Assembly: GCA_020536535.1 (NCBI GenBank)
Contig: JAHLWZ010000031.1
Span: 1-46,523, forward strand
Direction of reading: 5' to 3'
Source: Pelomyxa schiedti
Lineage: Eukaryota; Protista; Evosea
DNA: 46,523 nt
A program made the position numbers and the translations under genes. The notes beneath the pieces are model-generated. The model was not told the DNA's origin and did no database searches. It was given only the letters and a program-made list of their open reading frames with translations. Numbering within the stretch: position 1 is the first letter of the stretch; the number at the start of each line of letters is the position of its first letter. Of the stretch, positions 21,906 through 34,711 are shown one piece after another.

Positions 21906-21937
21906 GTTAATAAAAGCAGTATCTTTTCATTGATTTG

Positions 21938-22738
21938 CTATTTGCATACAACATCAAGTTCATAGTATGTTGTCTCTGGGTCGATGGTACGAATGAACTT
22001 TAAGCTAGTTGCGTCACCAATAACAATTTCAGCTGTGGTATAGACCAAAGAGCCTTCTCCAAGATGGCCCTTAGAATAAGATTAATTTAGAGGTTTTCCA
22101 AAAGCAGAGGTATACCCCAACTGTTGTGCCGTTCCCCGCGGAAATACTGATGTGAATATGCGAACCTCCACTAGTACTGAGTGTACCAGTGAGGGAAACT
22201 ATTTCAAATGGGCCTTGCAGTGTTGTGTAATTTTCATTGTTCGCGAACCTTATACTAGCGACCGTGAGACTTCCCACGCAAGTCACAATGTAACCTGAGA
22301 AAATGTTAGACCAGATACACAATTACTTTAAATAAACAAAAATGGGTGGTACAGAGAAGAGCGAGGATGAATGCCTGCATCAATTGCATGGTCAGAAACA
22401 AAGGCGTTTAATGAAGAATACAAATCATCGCCAGGGTGCAGCCTAAAAGCAAACGAGTGATCGTGAACGGACTCCACACAAGGGTACTTGACAGTGCTAT
22501 AGACCACCAACATATAAGTACTAGCAACAACGCAATAGACAATAACTGTTTGTGCCAATTTGTGTTATTTTGAATGACTTGGTTATGGGAAGATACGCAA
22601 TGTCGCGCAACCGACAGCGGCACCCATAATCACTCCCTTGCACTTCGTTCCATTGATCCCTTTGCATCCCGTGTTGGCGGCACAATCAGCACTGTTCCCA
22701 TTATCGCTCCCTATGTCCTTGTACCCACCTCCCTTCAT
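21938..22738 (-). CDS. PPC/DUF296 domain protein with N-terminal transmembrane anchor
   Basis: FRLHPGDDL, CVGSL, FEIVSLTGTL, HIHISIS..GTTVG|GHL..TTAEIVI. Upstream exon MKGGGYKDI...VIMGAAVGCATL|LIVYCVVASTYMLVV. Confidence 0.85.
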
Positions 22739-22817
22739 ACTGACCCTGCGCCCCGCAACAACACGAAAAAGATTTGATGGTTTCGAGTCATCATTTTGTT
22801 TACAGAACTTGATTGAA

Positions 22818-23623
22818 TCAGGCGAGGAGCTTTGAGGCTATTTTAGCCTTTACATCTTCGAGCATGGCCGCACGTGATTCGGGAGTCGAGCCCATGACAC
22901 CGTGGAGGAATACGTGCTCAACGACCTCAATCCCCGTGAATCTGTTAAGTCGGTGTTAGGGCATCATATTCGATCAGATAGGATTGCGAGATACATACCC
23001 AAAGGTGCCCAAATCCCAGGCACCGGTGATTGGGATCAGCATGTTGTTGGCTGTGTAGACTTCCTTGGTCTGTCCGGTTGTGTTGATGATGAATGCCTGT
23101 GTTTATTGTCATTGGAGTTCGAAAAAGAGTCTAAATATAATGACGAACCTTTTTGCCGGTCAATAGTTTCTGGAGACCAGTGGGACCAACGGCATAGGCA
23201 AATCCAAATGTGAACACCCTTTAGAAGGTAAGTCTAGTGAAAAGCGGAGTTTAGTGCTTACCTATCAATCCAGCCCTTCATGATGGCTGGAAGTGAGAGC
23301 CACCAAATGGGCCCGATGAATATTAATACATCGTGGGACCTGACAAGGTCCTGTTCCACAACCACATCCGCGGATGGCGTTCCAGACTTGAGTGCAACGA
23401 AGTCCTCTGCCTTAAGAACTGGAAAACAGTAATGTAAGAGCTCGGCAAAGCGTCAAAGTGTTCATCGACAACAAAACAAACCTGGGTCAAAGTGAAGAGC
23501 GTACAAGTCCCTTACAGTGACTGTCTTGCCTGCTGCTTTGAGTTGTGCCACACAATTCTCGAGAACAGCGTGGTTCAGGGAGGCTGGGTTGGGGTGTGCG
23601 TAGATAATCAGGAATTTGTTCAT
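22818..23623 (-). CDS. NAD(P)H:quinone oxidoreductase, flavodoxin-2 fold (KefF/MdaB/NQO family)
   Basis: MNKFLIIYAHPNPASLN, VRDLYALHFDP, EQDLV..PIWWLSLPAIMKGWIDR|VF..GFAY, LTGKK, INTTG. Confidence 0.92.
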
Positions 23624-23938
23624 TTTTTTTGTGTTATTTGGTGTTGTTGGCCTCTACTACTTGTATTCTCTTGGTTTTATTTTTTTTTTTTTTATGTTGG
23701 TAATTTGGTTGGTGCGGGCATAAAAAGCATTGGCGTCTGTTCGCCATTCGTTCCGCGCATCAATTTCGCCGTTAACGTCATTCATCACTGCAAAATTCCT
23801 GCTGGAAGCCTCCGATCTTTGTGATGAAAAGCCACATGCTGCAGAGAACAGCGCTGTAAGAAAGTGTGCTGTGACAATCATCATTCCGGAACGAACCGTC
23901 GCTTTCGTAATCAGGAAAGAACGCATTCGTTCCCGGAA

Positions 23939-25470
23939 ATGACGGATGGTGGTGACCCGGTCCACGAGCGATCCCACTTCGTAATTCTCGACGGTCGTGA
24001 GGTGGACGTGATCAAGGAGCGAGCTAAATTATGGGACCTGTTCGACTCTGGGTTCATAGGCGAAGCCGAATACTCACAGAGGAGTGCTCTCCTAGAATCA
24101 AAAGTTATGGGACTTGATACTACCAGTAGTACTACATCACCAAGTGGTGCTAGTAGTGGTAGTTGTACTACACAGGACAACACTACTGAGGCACCAAAAC
24201 TGGGATCTGGATACAGAACTGACTCAGGGGTGGTTCCAGTAAGTGTGGGTGAGGACGACTTTGGTGAGTTCGTGGCAGCCACTGCCACAGGTACCACCAC
24301 TACTTGTGAGGAGGTCTCGGTCTCGGTCTCGGTCTTACCACCACCCTCTTGTTGTACTGAGGCGTCAAAAGTGAGAGAGGATGCAGGAAGATCCAACTGG
24401 GCCCAAATTGTACAGTCAGGGGGCGAGACTGTTGGTGCTGCGGCACTTCCTGAGGTTAAAATAGAGGCACCAAATGAATGGCGGGGGTGGTGGACTGAGG
24501 ATTCTGATGGACGCGGATGTAGCAGCGGAGTGAGACGGGCGATGTGTTTGGTTCTGGAGACTGTTGGGAATGGATACTGGCTGGATGTGAGGGGGTGGGA
24601 GAATCGCACAATTGTTCAGGCCCATAGCCATCAGAGGCAGCCGGTTATAATCCATAATCCCGATAGCACCGGGGGAAAGGGCACTGACACTATTGTTGGG
24701 ACACCGTGTGAGTACCCGTTTGGTGGCCATGTTGACTTGGTGGAGGGCTCATGCTACCGGAAAAAGACAAAGGAAATCGATCCGGAAATTGCCGCCAGTA
24801 TGTGTTTGCTCTTTTTATGCAACAACTCTAAAGTTCCCAACAAGGAATTGATGTCCCTGTTCTAAAACCTGGGGAGGCTTTTATTGATGGAGGAATAGTA
24901 CGAAGAACGTCGGAAACTGGGGAAGTGGCTGATTCTCAGGTATTTTGGCAAGTACCTCCCTGTCGCGCCTTATTATACACAGATAACTGGGAAGTTCTTT
25001 GCCCGGCATCCCCTGGGTCCGACAGTAATGTTTGGAGAAAAACTGGAGCCGAATATGGTAATCTCACTTTTTTAGTGCTACTTTTTTATTCCACTTTAGA
25101 TATGGGACCGTTCCTATAGCGATTTTGAACCCGATCAATCAGAAGAGCCATACCACAGAATGTATGCTGGCAAGGTGACCCCGCGAACAATATGCGGAAC
25201 CTGGAGTGAAGAGAAGACAGGCAAAGCAGGTTCTGTTGCAACCCACCCCATTGATTGCATTGAAAACTTTCTATTGCAGGTTCGTGGAATGTTACTCTTA
25301 TTCCCAAGGAAGAGGCGGAAGCCACCCCATCCGAAAAATATATAGACATATCTGAGCCTGCCCTCAAACCACAAGCGCCACCTCCTAAACCAGTGAAAAG
25401 CCGACCTCCAAAACCAGTGAAAAGCCGACCTCCAAAAAGAGGCCAGACTCGAAGAGGAGGCAAAAGATGA
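23939..25470 (+). CDS. Hypothetical protein: SHOCT-like N-terminal helix pair, DDFGEF motif, predicted beta-barrel, basic C-terminal tail
   Basis: KLWDLFDSGFIGEAEYSQRSALLE; DDFGEFV; WRGWW...ITGKF..VMFGEK..MYAGKV..ICGTW..GSWNVTL after in-frame splicing; KPVKSRPP x2. Confidence 0.6.
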
Positions 25471-25616
25471 CTCTATGCTTTCAAATACAGTCACTGGAGC
25501 ACTGTTCTTGAGCACGATGCATCGTGGAGTACAGACTTTTCTGCTGTTTCAAATGAAAAATAATGTTCCATTTAGGAATGGCCTTCTTGAAGATACTCAA
25601 CACTATTTACATTCAA

Positions 25617-27656
25617 TCAGAAAAAGGGTATTGTACTGTTATCTATGTGTGTGGCGACTCCTGTTGTGGCTGGTTGAGGCAGTATCTGTGCAAGGTCTGG
25701 TTGCGGTGTTGATACTGAGCTGTTGTTACAAATGTTAGGGTCAGGTCCGGGCATTTGTGGTGTGCCGGATTTGGTAATGTTTAGTTCCGGCTGCCTTGCC
25801 TCTAATATATGTTGCAGTTCTTTCCAGGATTCCGCACACTAAATGGCGAGTTAGGAAACGCTTCGAATTTGATTGGGAAGGTACCTTTTCGTGGTATTCA
25901 GAATTGGCTTTGATAAATGCGCCTAATAGTGCGTTGTGTTGTATGTGCCGCGCCGTGGAAGTTCTTTCAATTTCACGTTGAGCAGTACTGCTAAACTCAG
26001 CCAGTTCAGTTTGAACAGTGTCCCGGTGGGTCTTTGCCTTTTTTTCTTGTTGGATTTTTGTAGTTTATAAGCTTGGTACCTGTTCATAAACAAACTTTGA
26101 ATGAATTTCCTGTGGTGTATTTCTCACTTCTTCATAGTTTGCCTTCTTGACTGTATATTCAAAAGCAATGGTCCGTAAATGTTGCAATATTTCTTCCCGG
26201 TTCCGAAGTATACGCTGGGTAAAGTCATGCAAGAACACGGGGGAGAAGTACCTGAATTTCCTCTATTTCTCTTGTGCAATCCTTCATCCCGTCAGTCATT
26301 AGGGCAGCTTGGGTTCCAAGCTGAGAGTGTGTCAAATTTGAGATACAAGAGGTTGATGAACCATCTCGGATAGGAAACAAGCTGTACACTCAAGTGCGCC
26401 AGCTGCTAATTGAAACCCCTGTGATGTTGTCAGTGACAGTGAAGCTTGAGCATCGGCAAGAAAGGACATAGCAAGTGAGTAATCCGTGAGAGACTGCTGG
26501 AGCCCTGTATTATAGTAAGTCTGAAGATAAATGTCCATTTGCATACCAGACATTTGGGCCAGCATAGATTGATTTGCGAAAATGAGAGAATTAATGGCAC
26601 TCGTAAGCTCGTCGTATTTAGGTATTTTATTTACAAAAAAAGAGTCCTTTCAGGTCGAGGTTAAACACTTCGCGGAGTGAAGAGGTAATACCGTATCAGG
26701 AAGGTGGGGAACTGAAACCATTCTTGAGAGTGCACTCCAAGTTTCCACGGTTTTGTTCATGATGATAGGGCCAATTTGAGATAGGGACGAAGATGCAGGA
26801 AACTTAGCAGCAAGTAACTCCTAAAATATCTTAATAAGTATAAAGACAGAAGGCTAGCCACCTCACAGTATAGGAAGCCTCGAGAAATAGGTGGACTTTT
26901 GGGTTGTCACTGAGAGACTCATGGGAGGCCACACGGTACAGAAAACGTTCCAGTTCCCTCATTCTATAAATGACGAGTGGCTCAGAAAACCGGGCTGAAA
27001 TGAAGTGAAAGGTTAGATAACTTCCAGGAACTCCGAAGAGGGTGGTACATAGTGGATAGATATTGTACATGCTGATGGTCTTCACTGGCAACGGTGGAAC
27101 AACAGCATAAGGGTGATCATGGCACAGTTGATCATGGAGCCACAGGAAGTCACTGTACCGGCGCCATACAGTGTTCTCTGTGCTCCCATCAGCACTCTAG
27201 AGACAAAAGTTAGTGACTTTGATTACATGCATACCAACAATGTAAATAAATATACATAAAATAATATGAGGAGCTAACCTTGGAATCTACACAGTAAATT
27301 ACATAAGAAGAAAAAGGATAACGGGCTGGCTGGTTCAGAGGGTTATGTACCCTGAATGTACAATGTGTAGTAGTACTAGTACCCCCAAACAAAGAAGTCG
27401 AGCTGAGTATCCCATAATCACCATGTGCAGAGCTACTCTGGTCATATCGGGGGCGCGTTCGAGGGTCCAGGAGGTCAGAGTACCGCCTATGTGGATGATT
27501 ACGACTGACACCAGTGCTTGTAGTCGTGGTTGTCGCCGCTGTTGTTGTTGTTGTTGGTGGTGCCTCATTATGCAACTGCCTCCCATCATCCCCATCGTAG
27601 TCATCGAGGTAATCACTTGTAGTGGTTGTGGGGTGTGGTGCGGGATTATGGGCCAT
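25617..27656 (-). CDS. PX-BAR sorting nexin (SNX1/2/Vps5-like)
   Basis: VWRRYSDFLWLHDQL..VVPPLPVK, RMRELERFLYRVASH..FLE, followed by a helical BAR-like region ending AESWKEL. Confidence 0.88.
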
Positions 27657-27956
27657 GGAGAAAAAAAAAAGAAGCTCAGAGAACTGTGTCGACAGGGTGA
27701 TTAGGATTTGTGTGATGTGTCTGTATGAATCGTCACTGCTTATTGTCCAGCCAACGAAGTTTCACAACGAAAGCGAAAAAACACAAACTGCAAATTTTTG
27801 ATTGTGGGACGAGGTTGAGGAGGCGCAGGAGGATACGGATATCCCAGTGGGAACACAGTTCTCCTTCTTTCCTAGTTCATGCCATGGTGATACAGGGCTG
27901 GAACGAGTTCAATCTGCTATCTCCAAACAAATTACAACGAAATTAAACGTCGGGGG

Positions 27957-28792
27957 ATGGCGAGCAAGGGGGGCAAGAAGGGCGCAGCCAAGCAGGTTGC
28001 TGTCCCATAATCCTATCCAACCGAGTTGTTGCGTAGCATCGGATGCGGGTCGCGCACGTATTTTACGATTGCACTTGTTTTGGGACTCACTTAATTTGTT
28101 GGTTAGATATCATCCAAGGTGGCTAATATGAAGGTATTGTGTACTGTCTATTTATCACCCTAATTATTTCAATTTTTAAAGTCTTCACCACTTCTTAATA
28201 TAACCATATTAGTTTATGCAAAGACCACAAGAAGCAGCCCTGAAAGCAAAAATGCTAGCGGAACAAGAAAAAGCCTGCAGGCAGTCACACTGGGTGCTAA
28301 AAGAAGAGAGTGCCAGGTGTAATTTTAATATCGCCATTGCACTATCAACAAAAACTCACTATCAATCACAGCGTGATTTCGCTGGAGGAGAGTATCCTCT
28401 TTGACAGATGGGTTTCCGGACGCAGAAGTTTTCAAGGATTCAACCAAACAATCGAGGTAAAAAGACCTTTTCAATGCGTCAATGAACATTTATATTAGGA
28501 CCTGGTAAGGACACGAGAACGTGAAGAGAATCTTCGTGACAAAGCAGCAGCCAAGCCGGCCAAGACCGCAAACCCGCCGCGGCCTAATGAATGGCTTGAT
28601 TCAGCACTGCAAGTCCCTATCACTTTATTCAGATTATATTACCATTCTGATATTATCATTCTAACATCGCTCAGGCCTAAAACTGAGAGAGAAAAATATT
28701 ACAACCAAGGTAAATCCAGAAATGAAAGGAAAAGACTTCCTCTATCCAAACCATCAGCAGCCCCTCCCACATCAAAAAGGCCTCGTTCATAA
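27957..28792 (+). CDS. MPHOSPH6: M-phase phosphoprotein 6 (nuclear exosome cofactor MPP6)
   Basis: ISSKVANMK|FMQR, HWVL and GRRSFQGFNQTIE match the conserved MPP6 blocks. Last exon depends on a GC-AG intron. Confidence 0.8.
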
Positions 28793-28898
28793 AGAGGCCG
28801 CCCTCTTCAAGATTGTTTTTGGAAAAATGTTCAAGTGGGTTTTTTGGTGCCCAAATGGCACGAAAAAAAAAGTTCTTTTTGCAGTGTCATGGACTTTG

Positions 28899-31592
28899 TT
28901 ACATTCTCTCCAAGGGAGTGATGCCGAGTAGTCTCAAACCATTTCCAATGACAATACGGGCAGCCCAGAACAGAAGCATTCTGGCCTCAGCAACCTGTTT
29001 TGTTGGCATGTAAGATGATGGAATTCTATATGTTTGGGTTGTGGAGGTGCGCGGAAGATAGAATCATAAGATTTTGTGTTGTGAATTTAGGAGCTGAAGA
29101 ACGCACATTTTGTTCACGCCCTTTAACCCATAGTACAGAGTGGGCAAGTGATACTGCATGTGCAAGCTCAAACAGGTATTGCACCAAGGGGCAGGCTTCC
29201 AAAAGATCAAAGCATGATTGCAGCTTTTGTAACTTGAGTGCCGGTCACAAGAATGGGGCAGAACATACCACTTCTGGGTATTTAGCAAGTAGTAGGGCAA
29301 GATTTGAGGCCTCAGGCTCGGAAAGAAGATTGAAGTCAATTGTGTTGGTAATTCTTACTGTGTCAGCATTCTTCCGCTCGATACTGCAGAGGCGGGCGTG
29401 GGCATATTGAAGATACGGGCCAGTATTGCCCTCGAAAGAGCACATTCTAGGCCATGAGAACTCATAATCCTGACGCACTGTTATTGTTTGGCTAAATGGA
29501 ATTCATAGAACCTTTATGCGTCTGGCACTGTAGTCTTGGATAAGAACAGCAGCAATTCCAATAATGTCAGCAACCTTAAGAATGCCTCATTATTGTTTTC
29601 TTACAGATAAATGAGATACTTTTTCGGGCTGATCTCCTAGTTCAGCAAGCTTTTCTGCATTTGCCTTCATTGTTTCAAGCATTTTTCCGGCAGATTCACT
29701 AATGATATCGTCAAGAAACACAGCAGTTCCCTAGAGCTCCTGAGAAAAGGAAGGGATTGAACGGGGCACACATGTCTTGTGGACACTTTCTGAACCATTC
29801 CAAAGGGAAGGTGAGTGCATTTCGAGACCCAATCAAATTTCATCAGTTCCATTACCTGTAAAAGTTAGGGAACTAAACCTCAACAAAAGAAAAAGAAATC
29901 ACCTTGAACATTTGCTGGAAGTGTAGAGACTGGCTAGAACTGACTACGTAAAACATCTTATCAAAGGAATAAGCCTCATGGCGCTGCGCTGCGCTTGCAA
30001 TATCACGAGTGATGTATACAGTTGCTCCATCACTTTTTCTCAACACGACATCTCCCAGTTTTTGTGCCTATATGGTGGGAGTTTAAGACGGCAGGTTGAC
30101 CAAGTTGGCACTTACAGTAAGGTCAACTACTTGGGCACCATTTTTTTCAACAACCAGATTGTGCTCATGTAGTCTCTGTTCCAACGAGGATAGATTAGTA
30201 GAACGCATTTCAGATTCTCCAGTCCAGATGTCAAATGTAACATTTAGGCGTTTGTACGTCTAAATCATTATGAGGAAAGAGGATGCGCTGGATCCGTACC
30301 TGTTTGAGTTCGGCGATGCTTAGATCTCTAAAGCGCTTCCATAAACTCAGAGCTTCAGCATCACCTTCATAGTTTTAGAAACAGGAAGTTTCTTCACTGA
30401 ATCACACCATCCTCCATCCGCTTGAAATAAGCTTTAGCGGCATCATCCACTAATTTTCCTTCAAAGAGTACTTTATCTTCCTTGTCCTGGTTGATCTTCA
30501 CATAGATGTCATACAAGTGTCTTAGGGGTCTCTGGCTCAATTCTTCCTCAGATCCATATTTCTTAAACCCCAGTGCCAAAAGCCCTTGGAGAAGTTAGAA
30601 GCCCGACAGAAGAACTGAAGTACAACCGTATTGCTTGCCCCAATCTCCAAGCCAGTTCATGGAGAGAACACTGAAACCATAGGCTGTGTGTATGTTCTTG
30701 ACAAAGTTGCCTATAATTGTCGATCTCAGATGGCCGGCGTGGAAGGGCTTGGCAATATTTGGGGAGCTGTATTCTACGATTACATTCTTCCCTAGACGCA
30801 AATAAGAGGAAAACTCTGTCTAGGAAAAAGATACCCTGGCCAAGGGTGCAAGTGCCAAAAGATTCCCTCTTCTCAAAGATTTCATTTAAAATCATCTTGG
30901 TAATTGGAATTGAATGGAGATGAAAGTTGATGTAGATCCCAATTGCCACAGCTTTTGCAATATAGGTACCAGGTTGAATCTGAGACAAGAGAGAGCCAAA
31001 CTAAGTCAACGAATTAATGCCAACAAAACCGTACCAATGCAGCCCATTTTGGAGCCAAAGCGGCGGGTGGCTCTGGAAGCTTTCCGAACTTCATGAGCTT
31101 CGCAACCGGTACGGCATAATCACCATGCTCCTACAATTACAACAAAAACGTTAGAATTGTACGTCAGGGAACAAAGTAATTGCGGGGTGGGGCTGGCAGT
31201 ACCTTCTTCTTTGTGGCCTCGATTACAGCCACGACAGGGAGTGGGTCGGCAAGGTGGATCAGTGCGGCTATCTGGGCAGCTATCTCCATCTTCACCGCGT
31301 CCATCGGGAACGCCATCCCCACACCCCCCGTGCCCGCGCTGCTGCTCGTGCTCGTGCTCGTGCTCGTGCTAGTCGCCGCCGATGTCGTCGTCGCCGCTGC
31401 AGCAGAGGTGGTGGTGGCGGTGGAAGGGGAGGAGGAGGAGGCCGGTGTCGATGTAGACGTGGACGGGGAGGGGGAGGGGGCGGGCGCGGTGCTCGCGGTG
31501 GCCTGCGCCTCCGTGGCCGTGGCCGTGGCGGTGGCGGTGGCGGTAGCTGCAGTCGGCGATGGCGTAGTACTCGTGCTGGTTGTGTCCGACAT
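28899..31592 (-). CDS. argS: Arginyl-tRNA synthetase with Thr/Ala/Ser-rich N-terminal extension
   Basis: [67 protein letters not shown], ends PLERM*. Confidence 0.97.
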
Positions 31593-31827
31593 GTCGCTGT
31601 TTCGTATGTATGCCGATTGTGTTACGTAATTAATTCTGACGAAATCAAACAAAAATCAAAAATGCCGTAGATAGGGGCGTGATAAGGGCAGTGGTTCCTA
31701 CCCGAGAAGAGGAACGGAATGAACACGAACAGTATTGTGTTCCACGGGGGGAACCTTACGTGGTATATTTTATGTTTGTCTTTTTTGATTCCAAATTGGG
31801 TGTGGGTAGTGAAACACGTGGAGGTTT

Positions 31828-33581
31828 CTAGCTCCTGTTGGCACCAAGCCACGCAACAAAATCATCCACAATTATTGGCCATGAACCTATGCGCGTTTAA
31901 TTTAAATCAAACCAAAGTAAGAGGGGATTTACCATCCGGATCGTAATCGTTGATGGCACTGGTGTACTGCTTGATGAATGGGAGAAGCTGCCTCCAGCTG
32001 TCCCGGGTCATAAATTTTTGGCTGGTTGTCTTCAGATACTCCACCCATTTAGGCCAAAGCTTCCAGCGACTTTCCATACCGAGAATCCCCCAGGCAGATG
32101 TAGCGTCTTCCATTGCTATTTATCATTAGTTTGTAAAGCGGGTGCGCTTGTTTTGGGATGTGTGAAACATACTAATGTTCTTCTGTTCGCCGCGGAGGTA
32201 ATCAAAAACCCATTCATAGAATGGGCAAAAAGAGTCAAGTACATTGAGTTCAGATCGCCACTCCAAGGCCTTCTTTTTCATTTTATCAATTGTGCCAGTA
32301 CTGGAAGAAGCGGTGAATAACATTGGAAACGTTCTTCAAGCATACGCCATTGTACAGAAGCCATTTGTCCATTCCGTGTGAGAAATTTCCCACTGCTTTT
32401 TCACTCCTAGTTTCCACATAACAATAAGTACCAGAGGGTCGGTGTCTCCAGTAGAGCCAATATCATTAGAAAATTGGATAAGGCCAGCTCCCTTTATGCT
32501 ATCAGTTACTTCCCCGCCAGTTGCGGTTGCTTCCTTGTTTCCAATGCCTGGGTAAAAACTAAGAGAAAAGTATGGTCAAAAGAAATAAAACCTTGATAGA
32601 GCCCGAAAAGGCGTTCTAGATTTCTTTTCTCCTCAGCACTCATCTTAACATATAATGGATAGTAGCCTTTCTCTTCGAGAGGGAAACACAAATCCTTTTT
32701 TTTTTGGGTAAGCTTATTTGTGGCTGTGTGGCCTACCTCCTCTCCGAAATTGAAGACCAATTTTTGCCTTCTTGTCAGTGACGCCACTGGACTGAGACCA
32801 GAGGTGTGCCTTACATTTCGGTACGCCACACCCAGTTCTTCACCATTGAGAGTGTATGCAAGGGTCCCGGCATCGGCATCAAGAAGAACTCCAACAATGT
32901 CACCTTTGGTGAAGTTAGTTGGAAAATAAAACTGTAGCAGAGGAAACCTTGGTACCAATTGTGCCCATAGGCCTCTTTCCTATCATTGTAGGACTTGCGT
33001 GAGCTGCCTCCATCCCAACCCCAGCTAACTCCGTCACTTCCGACAGTCTTCACAGGAAACGGATAAGAAGTTGGAAGTCTGTGGAAAGAAACATACGCCC
33101 GCTCCTTTGAATGCTTGAGCAGCCCAGCCGATAGACATATTACCGTTGGATACTACACGGACCTTTTCACCAACACAAGCAAGTCAGAAAAAACCCTGAA
33201 TGGGACAAGATAATACATAAGCAGAATACCTCAAAGTACCACTTTCCAGATGTTACCCTCACCTCCCCCTTCACACAGCTGTGGTAGAATGAGTTATTGG
33301 ATGCCTGTTGTAGAGTGAGAAGAGACAAAAAAGCAAAAAAAAAAAAAAAGTAATAAGGGTCGGTATTGCATATGATAGTAACTAGCAGTTGCACGCACGC
33401 ACACACGCTCAAACACATAGGGGCACACACACACCTCCAATCCGGACGAGTCGAACGACGGCTTGTTGTCGCCGAGGCACACCAACTTGGGCTTGTCGGG
33501 CCCCGCTCGCCCGTTGCACACAACCTCCGACGACGACGACGACCCCGACGACGCCGACACCGAACTCCCTGATCGTCTCAT
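31828..33581 (-). CDS. SPRY domain fused to a DCN1 (cullin-binding/PONY) domain
   Basis: SPRY: SGKWYFE, SIGWA, VGSDGVSWGWDG, GDIVGVLLD..NGEELGVAY..FNFG. DCN1: DPLVLIVMWKLG, FYEWVFDY, RDSWRQLLPF..YDPD|GSWPIIVDDFV. Confidence 0.88.
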
Positions 33582-33951
33582 TCTCGCTTGTACTGTGTTG
33601 TTGTTGTTGCTGTTGATGATGATTCTGACACCAATGATTGTCCGGACGACGTTATGCAACCTCTTGTTGACGATGAATATTTGGTAGTAGAGCTGGACTG
33701 ATCGTCGCGTGCTGTGGCCCAACGCGCCCCGGGGTGTTGCTGATTATGGCCTTTTTGCTTAGTTTTGATTGGTTTTCGCTTCCGAGAGGAGATTCGAGCC
33801 AGGAACGGAAGCACTTACATGGAGGCACAAGCTCCCAAAGCTACTATGAAGGGAGATATCTGGGATTGCAGAGGTGGGGTGAAGACCGATGAAAAGGTTC
33901 TTCGACTTTTTTCCGTGTGTCGTAGGAGAGCGGGCTGTTGAATAGTTGGGG

Positions 33952-34621
33952 ATGGGACAGGGGCGGATTGTGCGATGGACTCTGTTGATGCACGTGGTGT
34001 TTTTCCTTATTCTTGGGGCCTCTGAGTTCCTGGCACCCCGGTACGCTTGCGTTAAGGTACTGCCGCTACAACTAGCTCCGGCCCATAATGCTTGTCCTCA
34101 GTTCTTCCATTTGTGTTGTAATCTTTCTGCTCCAACTTACATGTGTGTTTGTGGCAGGGTTTGGCAGACCCACTTGTCAAAGTAGGGATGACGCCAGAAG
34201 AGATGTGCGACGGCATAGACAGAAATCCTGTATCAGTTCTAATCTTCTTCGGTATTTCTACTGTCCTTTCCTCTGTTTTATATTTTGTATTTCGTATTTA
34301 GTATTACATTGCAGTAGAATTCTCATTCCACAACTAAAATAATGCCCAGGATTGAGGAAGTATCATGTACTGTGGTTCCTATTCAACATCATATCGTGGT
34401 GGCACGTAAATGTTCTACCACAGACCATGTTGGCTAGTGTATTTTTCCTACAGGCACTAAACTACTTCATGGATGATACATGGGCAGCAATCCACATAAC
34501 CTGGACTGCCGGTCCTTATATCCTAATACCTCAGGCTCTGATTGTGTTCTGGGACTTGTACGTCTTCTCCAGGGTACTGCTCAGTAACAATAAAGTCAAA
34601 CCAAGCCAACACGAATTTTGA
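33952..34621 (+). CDS. Small multi-pass membrane protein of unknown function
   Basis: About four hydrophobic segments (WTLLMHVVFFLILGASEFL; VLIFFGISTVLSSVLYFVF; VLWFLFNIISWW; YILIPQALIVFWDLYVF) joined by plausible GT-AG introns. Confidence 0.6.
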
Positions 34622-34711
34622 ATAACTTATCAAGAAAAAAAGCGCCACACAATACTATCAGTGGGGGAGCAAAAATATTTTAGTTTTTTTCCAATGCCAT
34701 TCAATCACTCA

